Of a stretch of 64,000 nt of DNA, positions 38,531-49,200 are shown piece by piece. This DNA comes from an uncultured Pseudomonadales bacterium. GTDB taxonomy: Bacteria; Patescibacteriota; Microgenomatia; UBA1400; PJMF01. The notes under the pieces are model-generated. The model was not told where the DNA came from and made no database searches. It saw only the letters and a list, made by a program, of their open reading frames with translations. Each line of letters begins with the position of its first letter. The first letter of the stretch is position 1. The position numbers and the translations under genes were made by a program. The stretch spans positions 14,966 to 78,965 of the forward strand of contig CAZOWX010000002.1 of NCBI GenBank assembly GCA_964583795.1, in the 5' to 3' direction.

Positions 38531-39208
38531 TTATCCAAACAGCCCCTCCACCACCGGCGCTAAAATCAAAACAACTGCCATAAACACTGCAAAAAACACA
38601 ATCGCCATAAGAACAGTCTTTATCGAAAGTCCTGCTGATTTTTTAGCCACAGCCAACTCTTCTTCCAACCGTCTCTCATTGTTTTGCAGTTTCTGATCAT
38701 GCGTTTGTTGAGAAGATACCACTTGAATAGACAAAACATCGTGAGAATCGTCATTCATTTCAAGCTCGATCATGTCTCCAATATCTAGGTAGGAGTACAT
38801 CTCTCGCTCAATGTTGTACTCCATTTTCGATTGATCAACAGAAATATAAAAATCATAATGAAGCCCATACTTTGAACGGTACGCAAAGACTCTTTTATTC
38901 GTGATAGTGACTTGTTTTTTACTAATATTTTTTGACCAAATAACAACAAGCAGGTTTCGCAAACTCCATATGACCCAATGCAGTGTTCCAACAGCAAGAG
39001 CTCCAATCAAAAGCGTCACAATCGTGATTGGCTTTTTTATACTTAAGGTGTGTGGGAAGTCCTCAAGCAAAATGCTGGAAAAAGCAAACAGCAGTACTCC
39101 ACTCCCAACCAACTGAAATACGCTTTCCTTTAACACGTTCTTCGTTAAAAGCATCCATTGTGAGGCAGGATTCAATTGTTGACTGCTTGAAGGGTTCTCC
39201 ATACTCAT
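38531..39208 (-). CDS. Membrane protein, possible bacterial PH (YdbS/T-like) domain
   Basis: Two TM hairpin then soluble domain; C-terminal TM. Confidence 0.3.
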   Translation of the reverse strand: MSMENPSSSQQLNPASQWMLLTKNVLKESVFQLVGSGVLLFAFSSILLEDFPHTLSIKKPITIVTLLIGALAVGTLHWVIWSLRNLLVVIWSKNISKKQVTITNKRVFAYRSKYGLHYDFYISVDQSKMEYNIEREMYSYLDIGDMIELEMNDDSHDVLSIQVVSSQQTHDQKLQNNERRLEEELAVAKKSAGLSIKTVLMAIVFFAVFMAVVLILAPVVEGLFG

Positions 39209-39639
39209 ACTATAGCACCATGTGCTATAATTCTCGATAACAAGTGAATCCGGCTAGTCACCGGCAATCTTTCATATAGAAGCTTGAAGCAATCCGCTAT
39301 CGTTATAACGGATTTTTTTAGAGCTATTTTTAAGAAGGATTGATTTGAGAGGAAATCTTTTAGCGTAACACAGCTTATAACACGGGTCAAGCAAGGGACA
39401 CGTGAAAATGGAAATTTTTTTCATTCCGATGTAGGGTTCTTGTCATAATTTCGGACCGATAGTTCGTAAATTTGAAAGACATCTTGAGAAAACGCTCAAA
39501 GAAAGTAGAGCTCAACGGGTACGCCCGTCATAGCAGAAAATAAGAGGTTTCAGGTTTCAGCTTTCAGGTGTCAGGTAATTCCTGAGACCTGACACTCTGA
39601 CATCCGACACCGAAACTACGATGGTACCGAGTGGAAAGC

Positions 39640-39695
39640 ACTCTCGTATATACTTAATGGAGTATGTAGGAGAGTGCTTTTTTGTTGCCCGCCGA
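39640..39695 (+). terminator. Intrinsic terminator-like hairpin in the valS leader (possible attenuator)
   Basis: aagcactctcgtatatacttaatggagtatgtaggagagtgcttttttgtt; preceded by gatggtaccgagtgg, a T-box-like sequence. Confidence 0.4.
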
Positions 39696-39912
39696 AGTAG
39701 ACAGATTTTCAATATGGCTGAACAAGCCCAAAAGTGAAAAATCTGGTACGAAGGAGGGTTAGAAACGTTTGTAATCTTGAACAGTCCTGAGAGCTTGCGC
39801 CGGCAGGCAGGAATCGAGCACAACGGATTCAGGATCTAAAGTCAGTCTATAATAAAAACAGGCCCAGACTTTCCGGGCAACTTAAAGAAGTTAATTAAAA
39901 TAAGGAACAACT

Positions 39913-42678
39913 ATGCAGAAAAACTTTGACCACAACCAATCAGAAACCCACACTTACGAACTTTGGGAAAAAGCTGGAGCATTTAATCCGGACGAGGTAA
40001 AAAGGATGAGGGAGGATCAAAAAGGACAGATCCCGTATCGCCACGCTCCTCACGGTCGCTTGGCAGTACGGGATGACAAAGACGATTTAAAAAGTGTATC
40101 GTCTTTGTCAACACCACACTCCAAGCGTCAACAACTCAACAACTCAACCACTCAACAACCATTCTCCATCATCATGCCTCCTCCCAATGCCAACGACCCG
40201 TTGCATGTGGGTCACGCGATGTTCATCAGCATCGAAGATATTTTGATCCGCTATCATCGCATGAAGGGTGATGACACAATCTGGATCCCAGGGACTGATC
40301 ACGCTGGTATCGAAACACAGTTCGTCTTCGAAAAAAAACTTGCCAAACAAGGTAAAAGCCGGTTTAACTTTGATCGAGACACTCTCTACAAAATGATTTG
40401 GGATTACGTCCAAGAAAATTCAGGAGTCGCTGTCGATCAAATGAAAAAGCTTGGTGCAAGTGCCGACTGGTCACGGTTTACGTTCACACTCGATCCATCC
40501 GTCGTAAAGTTTGTGACAAACACTTTCAAAAAAATGCATCAGGATGGACTCGTTTACCGCGATCAAAAACTGGTGCATTATTGCGTCAAATGTGGTACCA
40601 GCTACTCAGAACTTGAAGTGGTTCACAAAGAACAAACGGATAAATTGTATTACCTCAAATATGGCCCGTTTACTCTTGCCACAACTCGGCCTGAAACGAA
40701 GTTTGCCGACACTGCGGTGGCAGTTCATCCAGATGATACTCGCTACAAAAAATATATTGGAACTGAAATTGAAGTCGAGGGACTGACCAGCAAGTTCAAG
40801 ATGAAAGTCATCGCCGACGAGTATGTCGATAGTGAATTTGGAACAGGTGTCGTGAAGATTACTCCCTACCACGACTTTAACGACTACGAAGTTTGGCAAC
40901 GACATAAAAATGAAATTCCTGCACCAAAACAAGTCATTGGCTTTGACGGGAAGTTAACCGCTATTGCTGGAAAGTATGCTGGAATGAAAGTCAAAGCTGC
41001 TCGAGATCTGATTGAAAAAGACTTGCAAGAAAAAGGCTTACTGGAAAAAGTGAATAACAACTATCTGCACACTGTTGGGGTATGTTATCGCTGTGGAACG
41101 GTTCTCGAACCACTCCCCTTGCCTCAATTTTTTATCAAAGTAAAAGATAAAACCAATAATCTGACACAAAAAGTGTTGGAAGTTTTAGATAAAAAAGAGA
41201 CCAAGATTTATGGAGCTGGTCGAGAAAAAATTTTAAGAAACTGGTTGGAAAACCTTAAAGATTGGAACATCAGTCGCCAAATTGTGTGGGGAATTCGGAT
41301 TCCGGTGTGGTACCCGGTGGAAGGAAATGAAGAGAAAATTTCCGTGTCGTTCATCAATCAAAAAGGAGAGTTTCAAAAAAACGAAACCGTAAAACAACGA
41401 CTCGACGAAGGCTACACGATAGAAGAGATGAAGAAAGGATTGCAACAAGTCTATCCGTCAGCTGAATTGGATTTTGTTGTGGCAACAGAGGATCCTGGAA
41501 TCGATAAGTCAAAGGGCAAAAGTCAAAAGTCAAACAGCACAACAACCCAACCACACGACCACACGACAACACGACCACACGACAACACGTCCACAATGTT
41601 GGAGTCTGCTACAAGCTACAAGCCACAAGCTTCAAGCAAACGCGCCTCATCGGTTTCCTACTTTCCAGAAACCGACACGTTTGACACTTGGTTTTCATCA
41701 GGACAGTGGCCAGTCGTCACTTTAAAGACCAACAACTCAACAACACAACAACACAACAACGACTCTGATTTCGACCGGTTTTATCCAACCACTGTCATGG
41801 AGACTGCCTACGACATTTTGCTGTTCTGGGTAATGCGTATGATGATGATGGGCATTTACTTGGAAAATAAAACACCGTTTGAGCATGTCTACTTGCATGG
41901 GCTCGTCCGCGATGAAAAAGGTCAAAAGATGAGCAAGAGTAAAGGCAATGTGATCAACCCACTGGAGTTTGTGAGTAAATACGGCGCGGATGCCGTCAGA
42001 ATGGCTCTGGTAATGTCCTCTACTCCGGGTTCTGATAGCGCTGTGGGGGAAAATAAAATCAAAGGCATGCGCAACTTTTCCAATAAGATTTGGAATGCCT
42101 CTCGTTTTGTAATGATGGCATTGGACGAACAGAGTAATGCCTCTTATTCAAGAGAGAATCTGCAAATGGAAAAGTCAAAAGTCAAAAGTCAAAAGTCAAG
42201 AGACGACCAAGTTTCTTTTCCTCAGCTGGAAAATCAGAATGATATTCAAGAAGGAAACCGTCATCCCGGCGAAAGCCGGGATCCAGTGAAGTCTGCAACC
42301 GATGTTCAAAAAGACGACGGGGTCCTTCTCCGCCAGTCGGCGGATCAGGATGACAGTGCCTTTAAAAAAAGACTTCAAGAAGTATCTGACGCTGTCTCAG
42401 ACCATTTAGAAAAACTGCGTCCCGGTCAAGCTGCAGAGCTGGTCTACAACGAGTTTTGGCACTGGTTTTGTGATGTGTGTATCGAAGATCAGAAAAAAGG
42501 CAATCTTTCGCGAGGCGCTTTGTTAGAAGGGCTGATTACTTTTCTCAAACTCCTCCACCCATTCGTCCCATTCGTCACTGAAGCACTCTGGCAAGAGCTC
42601 TGGCAAGGAGGTGATGATACGATGAAAGAAATGATGGGAAGTGGGTTGCTAATCGTGGCAGACTGGCCAGGGAAGTAG
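39913..42678 (+). CDS. valS: Valine--tRNA ligase with in-frame repeat insertions
   Basis: HIGH-region PPPNANDPLHVGHA, KMSKS as KMSKSKGN, editing and anticodon-binding regions; inserts QQLNNSTTQQ, KSQKSNSTTTQPHDHTTTRPHDNTST, NNSTTQQHNN, KSKVKSQKS, RHPGESRDP. Confidence 0.9.
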   Translation: MQKNFDHNQSETHTYELWEKAGAFNPDEVKRMREDQKGQIPYRHAPHGRLAVRDDKDDLKSVSSLSTPHSKRQQLNNSTTQQPFSIIMPPPNANDPLHVGHAMFISIEDILIRYHRMKGDDTIWIPGTDHAGIETQFVFEKKLAKQGKSRFNFDRDTLYKMIWDYVQENSGVAVDQMKKLGASADWSRFTFTLDPSVVKFVTNTFKKMHQDGLVYRDQKLVHYCVKCGTSYSELEVVHKEQTDKLYYLKYGPFTLATTRPETKFADTAVAVHPDDTRYKKYIGTEIEVEGLTSKFKMKVIADEYVDSEFGTGVVKITPYHDFNDYEVWQRHKNEIPAPKQVIGFDGKLTAIAGKYAGMKVKAARDLIEKDLQEKGLLEKVNNNYLHTVGVCYRCGTVLEPLPLPQFFIKVKDKTNNLTQKVLEVLDKKETKIYGAGREKILRNWLENLKDWNISRQIVWGIRIPVWYPVEGNEEKISVSFINQKGEFQKNETVKQRLDEGYTIEEMKKGLQQVYPSAELDFVVATEDPGIDKSKGKSQKSNSTTTQPHDHTTTRPHDNTSTMLESATSYKPQASSKRASSVSYFPETDTFDTWFSSGQWPVVTLKTNNSTTQQHNNDSDFDRFYPTTVMETAYDILLFWVMRMMMMGIYLENKTPFEHVYLHGLVRDEKGQKMSKSKGNVINPLEFVSKYGADAVRMALVMSSTPGSDSAVGENKIKGMRNFSNKIWNASRFVMMALDEQSNASYSRENLQMEKSKVKSQKSRDDQVSFPQLENQNDIQEGNRHPGESRDPVKSATDVQKDDGVLLRQSADQDDSAFKKRLQEVSDAVSDHLEKLRPGQAAELVYNEFWHWFCDVCIEDQKKGNLSRGALLEGLITFLKLLHPFVPFVTEALWQELWQGGDDTMKEMMGSGLLIVADWPGK

Positions 42679-42715
42679 TTGTGAGTGGTCAGTTGTTGGT
42701 CTTACCGCTGACGGA

Positions 42716-43549
42716 TCAGTTGGTGCCAATGCGTTGTTTGGAGGATTCAAGGATCCCTACTACAGCTCTTGCTGTATGCCCTTTATCATCTGGCATTGAG
42801 TACCCCCACTTCTTAGCAGTTGTACTTAATACTTCATGAGCACTGTATCCAGGATACAAAAGTGTCATTGAATCAATACTTCGAGGATCATCGGAAACAA
42901 AGTAGTCCGGGTGAGGGCAAACGCCACTATCTGAAACCTCTATAATGTGCTGAAATTCATATTCAACCCCTCCCCGAACCAAGACTCCATATTTAGACTC
43001 AATATTCGCTTTTTGCAAAATTGCCTTCAAATTATCAGCTGTTTGAACATTTGCTGAAATGAATTCAATAACGATTTCTTGACCGGATAAAGCGATTCGC
43101 AATTGTCCATCAATTCCATTTGTTGAGATTGTAATACTTTCTCTATTAATTCCGACTTTCTCTAGCTCTGCTATGATGTCCACAGCTGGTTGAACAGTCC
43201 TTGCATATTTTAAAAGTCCTAAGCGAGCTTTATTTGAATCTACAACTGCAAGAACGTCTTCAACTGATTGAAATAAATCATCATTGAATCCCTCTTGTTT
43301 GTTTTTTGCTAAAAAGGGATTATTATCGACAAGAATTATTCTTTTCGAGCCTGAAACTAACAAGGCTGTAACAATATCTCCACCAGATCCAATGTAGATC
43401 AACGGCATAGTACTTGCTTCAGGGAGTTCTCTGAGTAAAGAATCCTTCACTTGTAACGTAAATCTTAGGTTTTCCTTTTCATTTGTTTTAAGTTGATCAA
43501 GCTTACGACAAATCGTCTCAACAATAATTGATTCTTTACCATCGTTCAT
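42716..43549 (-). CDS. Hypothetical protein
   Basis: 277 aa; no motif recognised. Confidence 0.3.
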   Translation of the reverse strand: MNDGKESIIVETICRKLDQLKTNEKENLRFTLQVKDSLLRELPEASTMPLIYIGSGGDIVTALLVSGSKRIILVDNNPFLAKNKQEGFNDDLFQSVEDVLAVVDSNKARLGLLKYARTVQPAVDIIAELEKVGINRESITISTNGIDGQLRIALSGQEIVIEFISANVQTADNLKAILQKANIESKYGVLVRGGVEYEFQHIIEVSDSGVCPHPDYFVSDDPRSIDSMTLLYPGYSAHEVLSTTAKKWGYSMPDDKGHTARAVVGILESSKQRIGTN

Positions 43550-43854
43550 ACAAGATGATTAAAAAAGTAACTTATTAGCAATGGTACGTTAAAGCAAAAA
43601 GGAAAACAAACATCCATATCTTTGGTAAGAATTCATCATTTCCATACAGTAAACTCGCATTCGTTCATACTGCGGAGAAGCAAGCAAACCAACATCCTTC
43701 TAAGGCTTTCTCCATAATCCATAATCCATAATCCACATTCCCCCTCCTCCTGCTACAATATTCAGAGATGGAATCGCTTGCTTTATTTTTCTTTACCTTG
43801 CGTTTGTCGCTCGCATTACTGAGTGAGTTTTTTTTCGTGGCTGTGCGCTTGCTG

Positions 43855-44232
43855 ATGGGCACAAAAACGTTTTTCTTATCGTTTTTCCTATCATTAGTCG
43901 TTGCGAGTTCGTGGACCGTACAATTGGTGTTCCCAACTCCTCCACCGCAACCACAGGTGGTCATCCTCAAGGATCGTCAAGCGGTTGAGACACGTATTGC
44001 CTTTTGGGAAAGTTTGTCCGCAGTATCACCGACGCGCGATATCTTTCTCAACTTGGAAAAACTCTATCGTTACATTGATGAAAATGATCGCGCACTGCTC
44101 TATCGCAAACGCGCGTTTGAACTGGACCCAAATAATCCGGAGTTTGTGAATGATGAGTGGTTGTGGGAGGAGGAAGAGACCGCTTCACAAGCAGCCAGTC
44201 CTTCAGCTACGGTCGGAAGTGAAAGTCTTTAG
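43855..44232 (+). CDS. Secreted TPR-like protein (hypothetical)
   Basis: Signal peptide MGTKTFFLSFFLSLVVASS; LEKLYRYIDENDRALLYRKRAFELDPNNPEF TPR-like; track ORF begins earlier (43768). Confidence 0.3.
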   Translation: MGTKTFFLSFFLSLVVASSWTVQLVFPTPPPQPQVVILKDRQAVETRIAFWESLSAVSPTRDIFLNLEKLYRYIDENDRALLYRKRAFELDPNNPEFVNDEWLWEEEETASQAASPSATVGSESL

Positions 44233-44379
44233 TGCCTAGTCTATAGTCTTTAGAAGTTGTGGAGTAACCGTGTTGCTCTTCCTTCGCCAAAGGCTACAGA
44301 GCACACAGTAAGTTGTTGCAAAAGTGAAAATGATTTTCATTCGTACAAATCTCCCTTCTTTTGACTCCTTCACAAACCA

Positions 44380-44990
44380 GTCCACTTCCGTCATCCCGAC
44401 GAAAGTCGGGATCTAAAGTCAGAGTTCTTTGGGATTGTTTGAAAAAATATTCTTTTAATTCCTCAACGGTTTTTTCATTGTATTGAAATTAAGGAAATGG
44501 ATCCCGGCCTTGCGCCACCGCTAAAGCTTTATGCGACACGCGGTCGCCGGGATGACGACTTTTTAGTTTTTTTGCTTTCGAATAAGTTTTTCACAAATTA
44601 AAACGCAGTATCCTGTTGGAATGCGAAATAGTATTGAGATAAAAAGGAAACGCTTGTCATCCTTGCGGAGGCGAGGATCTGACTGTAAATGGCTTTGGAG
44701 TCAGGTCCTCGATACTTGGCCCGCCCTGGGCGGGCCAGGTTCAAGGATGACAACTTTTTTATTGTAGTGGCTTTTGAAATAGTTTTTCTCAATCATCTCT
44801 CTGTATTTTCCGAAATGACGACTTTTTAGGTTTTTTGCTTTCAAAATACTAAGTTTTCCTCAATCAACTCTCCGATTTCGACGGCTTTACTCGATCGAGC
44901 TGAGCTCAACGGGTTCATTCATCGGGTCAAGGATGACGACTTTTTTATTTTTGCGGTTTCGAAATTGACTTTCTAGGCTTGGTCCAGACC
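44380..44990. repeat. Cluster of at least 5 hairpin plus T-tract modules (...GGATGACGAC TTTTTAGTTTTTTTGCTTTCGAA) and GTCATCCCGACGAAAGTCGGGATC hairpins in a convergent intergenic gap
   Basis: Tail modules at 44550-44600, 44745-44800, 44812-44860, 44932-44985; hairpins at 44390-44425, 44500-44550, 44700-44745. Confidence 0.7.
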
Positions 44991-45039
44991 TCATCGAGAC
45001 GGCTGAAAAAGTAAAGATAAAGAACGTAAAACAACAAAA

Positions 45040-45063
45040 AAGGGCTCCTTTCGGAGCCCTTAA
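45040..45063 (-). terminator. Rho-independent terminator after rplY and the small downstream ORF
   Basis: gggctcctttcggagccc hairpin followed by T-run on minus strand. Confidence 0.7.
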
Positions 45064-45078
45064 GTCGTTGAAATTTTA

Positions 45079-45264
45079 CTACTCTTTTTGAGCTCTGCGA
45101 GCACAAGCAGCTTGAGATCTTACTTGAATAGCTTTAGTTATATCGGAATCATTGTTCAAAGCAGAAATTGCATCTGCAGTAACTCTTCTCCCTTTTTCAA
45201 ACTGGGCTATTGGAATTCCACTAACTCTAAAACGTTGAATTTCTCTATTTCCATTTTTGCTCAT
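45079..45264 (-). CDS. Small basic protein (hypothetical)
   Basis: 61-aa ORF co-directional with rplY and sharing its terminator. Confidence 0.3.
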   Translation of the reverse strand: MSKNGNREIQRFRVSGIPIAQFEKGRRVTADAISALNNDSDITKAIQVRSQAACARRAQKE

Positions 45265-45341
45265 ATTTTCTCCTTTTTAATAACACTCACAAGCCTGTAT
45301 TATACTACAAACTCAGCACAGTGTCAACTCTTATAGGACTA

Positions 45342-46034
45342 TTATTCTTTCTTCTCTTCTGCCTGGGCGGCATCTGAAGTGGCCGTCTGCTCAGCAGCAG
45401 GTTTTTCACCCTCGGCTGCAGCTGCGCCTTCGGCAGCTTCTTCTGCTGGAGCTTCAGCTGGCTCCTCGGCCATTTGCTGTACTTCTTGGATCTGCACTAG
45501 TACTTCGTCTGGTTCTAAATCAAGAGTGAGTTTCTCTGGATCAGCCTTCAATTCTTTCACGGTGAACTCTTGACCAATTTCAGTAAACAACGCTAAATCG
45601 ATCTGGAAAGCATCTGGGAAGTCGGTTGGCAACGCCTCGACTTCGATCTCCTCATGCATCAAGTTCACACTGGCATCTTTCACCAAAAGCTCGCCAATCA
45701 GCTCAACAGGGACTGCTGCACTGACTTTTTCTTTCAAAGAAACTTGACGGAATGACACGTGAACCAGTTTTTTGGTCAGCGGATTGTACTCGACACTGTC
45801 AACTAAAGTCGGTCGGGTTTGCTTTTCCTCGCCAACTTGCAGATACACGACTGCGGTCTCTCCAGCATCTTTGTAGATTTGAGAAAATGCCTTGGCTTCC
45901 ACACTGATCGCCACCGGCTCTTTAATCTTTCCTGAAATATTGGCTGGAACTTGACCCGAGACACGAAGTCTTTTGGTTTTTTTGCCAAAAAGATCACGCT
46001 TAACTGCTTTGAGGTTGTACTGCTGGGTAGTCAT
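45342..46034 (-). CDS. rplY: 50S ribosomal protein L25 / general stress protein Ctc, acidic C-terminal tail
   Basis: MTTQQYNLKAVKRDLFGKKTKRLRVSGQVPANISG... L25 N-terminal domain; E/A-rich tail. Confidence 0.75.
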   Translation of the reverse strand: MTTQQYNLKAVKRDLFGKKTKRLRVSGQVPANISGKIKEPVAISVEAKAFSQIYKDAGETAVVYLQVGEEKQTRPTLVDSVEYNPLTKKLVHVSFRQVSLKEKVSAAVPVELIGELLVKDASVNLMHEEIEVEALPTDFPDAFQIDLALFTEIGQEFTVKELKADPEKLTLDLEPDEVLVQIQEVQQMAEEPAEAPAEEAAEGAAAAEGEKPAAEQTATSDAAQAEEKKE

Positions 46035-46039
46035 ATTTT

Positions 46040-46225
46040 TGTTGTTGGGTTGTTAGTTGTTAGGTTGTTAGGTTGTTAGAGACAAGCGAGCGCATATTGT
46101 ACCAAGTTTTTTAGAGAATCTCTAGAGGGTGTCGCTTGCTTTGAGTTGTTGGGTGATTGAGTTGTTAGGTTGTTAACAACTTAACAACCCAACAACTTGC
46201 TCGCCGGCGAGGCGAGCACAACAAC
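46040..46225. repeat. GTTGTT(A/G)GGTTGTT repeat tract plus palindromes (GTTGTTAACAAC; GCTCGCCGGCGAGCGAGC) forming the rplY 5' leader
   Basis: mRNA-sense reads CAACAACCTAACAACCTAACAAC... immediately before the rplY ATG. Confidence 0.7.
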
Positions 46226-49200
46226 TCATCTGAACTTCACTCCTGCAAAACTGTGTTCACCTCCCCAGAAAGAAAACTCAATTTTATCGTTGGAAATCTT
46301 GGCGTCAGGAGCAATGACCGTAGGGACGTATTGGGAGTCGTAGAAAATCGACACTTTTGTCGGAGTTGCTCCCGTTCCAGGCTGTTTTTGATCAAAAAAT
46401 GCAAACGAGGCTTGTTTGCCAATCGACTCTTCTTCATACTCTAGAACCACTTTAGCGGTCGTTTGCGGCAACACCTCGATATAGGCACCCACCACCAGTG
46501 AGTTTTTGTCTTGATATTGTTTTATCTGATCAGCCGATAACTGTTGGTCATTCACCACCACGGCTTTGAGTCGGACGCCTTGCGGCAAGTACCAACGGAC
46601 GTAGTTCTTATACGATCCACCCGGCCAGCTATTGGTATCGCTGCTGTTTTCATAGTTAATAATCCGCTGATGGGTAATCACGTCTGGCTTTATCTGAATC
46701 ATGTGGTCAACTTTTTTCTTAATCGCTATGTTGACTTTATTGACCCCCACATTGGAATCAATTTGAAACACTCTGCTCACCAGACACTGATCGGACACAA
46801 TCTGGGTCGGACAGGGCGGCTTGATGACACTGCCAGTCCACCCCAAGGATCCGACCGTCGTTTCTGTCGCAAGATCTTGAAAAGAGAGCGTCATCTCGGC
46901 CTGCTTGAGTTGGGAAGAAACCGCGTCCATCAGCTTAAGCGTATGCGCATCATCCACGGTCTTGAGTTTGTTGAGTGCCGATTCGAGGACGCTTGAGACA
47001 AAATCGGGTTTGGATATTGGCTGCGAAGTACTCACCAAACTTGTTTTTGCATAGAAAAAAGCCCGATCGGAAAGGTTGTTTTCAGTCACATGCTCATCGT
47101 CGTAAGCTGCAACAGTCACACCATCAAGCGCCCCCACGATTTTAGCTAATGAGTTGGTATTCAGCCCCACGACGGCATCAATCTTGGTATTGAGACCTTT
47201 TTCTAAAAAGAACTGCAGCTGCTTTGCGCTCACTTCAAAATCTGGATTCCAGTTCCCATCGCGCAAAAACCAGTTCTTTTCACCTAAATATTGCGTCACT
47301 TCTTCTGGAGGAATGACTTCACCGCCAATCCCTTCAGAAAGAGAATCTGGTGCAATCATCTTCGCATCCGAAATCTTGCCGTTGGTCAGTGTCAATAATG
47401 CAACGCCTTGAACAAAGCCTCCAGTAGCGCGCAACTCCTGAGCATCTTGAAGCACGATGGCAATCGTCTTTTTACTTTCTTTTGTGAGCGTGTTGGGAAT
47501 CACTTCAGTAAGCTGTTGCCCCACCAAAACTTGTCGTCGAACCTCAGAAATCGACTCGATCAGCTCTTGTTGTTGTTGGGCGCTGAGCTGTGTTTGAAAA
47601 AAGATGTTTGACTCTGGCCCCTTGAGCTCCCCTTCAAGCAATGAGAGCTGCTTATACACGGTGTCGGTTTGGCCGAGGCTAGGAATAAGGGTCCCAACAG
47701 GGTCACCGTCAACCGCACCTACAACTTGTCGAATTGTTTTGATGTGACTGTGTTGGATAACTTGGAGCGCTTGACTGAGTGTTGAAAGCTTTTGAGCGAC
47801 CTCTAGATGCGCATATGACTCAGAAAAAACCCCTGTACCCAACACGATTGAATACAAAGACAACTGTTTTTCCAATGCGCTTTGCCAAAACACTAGTTGT
47901 TTCACATCCTCTTGTGTTTTGGCACTCCCCTGCTCAAACCCCAAGGCAACTTGTTTCGCAAAATGGACCATTTTAGAACTGGAGAAAAAGAAAAAACCGA
48001 CTAAAACCAGGGTTGTTAAAACAACCGCTGTAAGAAACCAAAACAAACCTTTCTTTGCGGCATACCACTTCCCTACCCGAGTATCTTTACCAAATAAGAC
48101 TTGAATTGCACTGAGCTGTTGTTTTTTGTGTAACCCTTTGGGTGCTGGAGGCTTCATCGCTCCAGAAAACATGTTGGCAATTTTTTTCTCAAGCAGTTTT
48201 TTTTGATGATCTTCTTGAACAGTTTGTTCTTGACGCTTCTCTTGTTCTTGATGTTGTTCGTGTTGTACTCGAGCAGCGGCTTGAGGGCTTACTTGGGGGA
48301 CAATCCGTTTTATTTCCGGTTCAGACGGTAAGTGATGTTCTAAACTGGTTGAAAACTGGTGCAAAATGATTTTTGACCGCCGAATATCTGGCATCGGCTG
48401 CTCTGGAATCAACACTGGTGGGCGCTTCACTTGAGTAACCAGGGGCGCGGCAACGGTCACTTGAATCGATTTTTCTTGAATACTTTTGGGCACTAAATCG
48501 GCAAGCGGCAAGTGAAGTGCCTGCGGTAAAACAGGCTCTTTCTTCACCGACGGCTGTTCACTCACAGGTTTTGACAGGGTTACCACTTTTTCTCGAGCAG
48601 TGGTGAGGGTATCCTTTGGTTTTTCTGGTTGAGTAGTTTGTGCAAGAGTGTGCTTGTTTTTCTCTTCTTGAACAGTGCTCTTTTCTTTGACTGGCTGTGG
48701 TTCTTTCTCTGGCAGCGGTGCCTCTTTTGGCTCTGGAGGCTGCTGCAGCGACTTTTCAACTACTGGCTTTTGTAGAGGAATTCTCGGCTTAGGAATATCC
48801 GATGCTTGGTACTCCTCCACTTTTGGCGGTTGATAGTGAAACTTTGCCTGAACGATAAGCTCAGAAACAAGTGATTCTTCTGTCACTTGGGAGGAAATGG
48901 CAAACTCTTTAAAATCACCACTCCACAAAGCGCTCACTTCTTTTTGCAACAATACATCCTCGCCATGAAATCGGCGCCGAAACTCTGACTGAATCGACTT
49001 AAGAACTTTTTTGGCAAGTAAAGGCTTTTTGCTCACCACTACTCTTCTCTTCCCTCCTCGAGGATCAAAGCTTAGGCTCACTACTGCCTCAAGCATTTCA
49101 GTCTCTTTGATAAACCCCAGTTGCTCAAAGGTAAGCGGAAAGCGCGATTGGTGTAAAAAGTGAACAATTTGCTGATAGTTCAGATTAAAGAACTCATCCG

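Noticed and set aside
40144-42378. Overlapping small ORFs inside valS on both strands
   Set aside because: valS frame carries HIGH/KMSKS motifs throughout; others are shadows.
44240-45078. Possible CRISPR array in the repeat-rich gap
   Set aside because: Repeats are imperfect, differently spaced hairpin + T-tract modules of the dispersed family seen elsewhere; no regular repeat-spacer periodicity and no cas genes.
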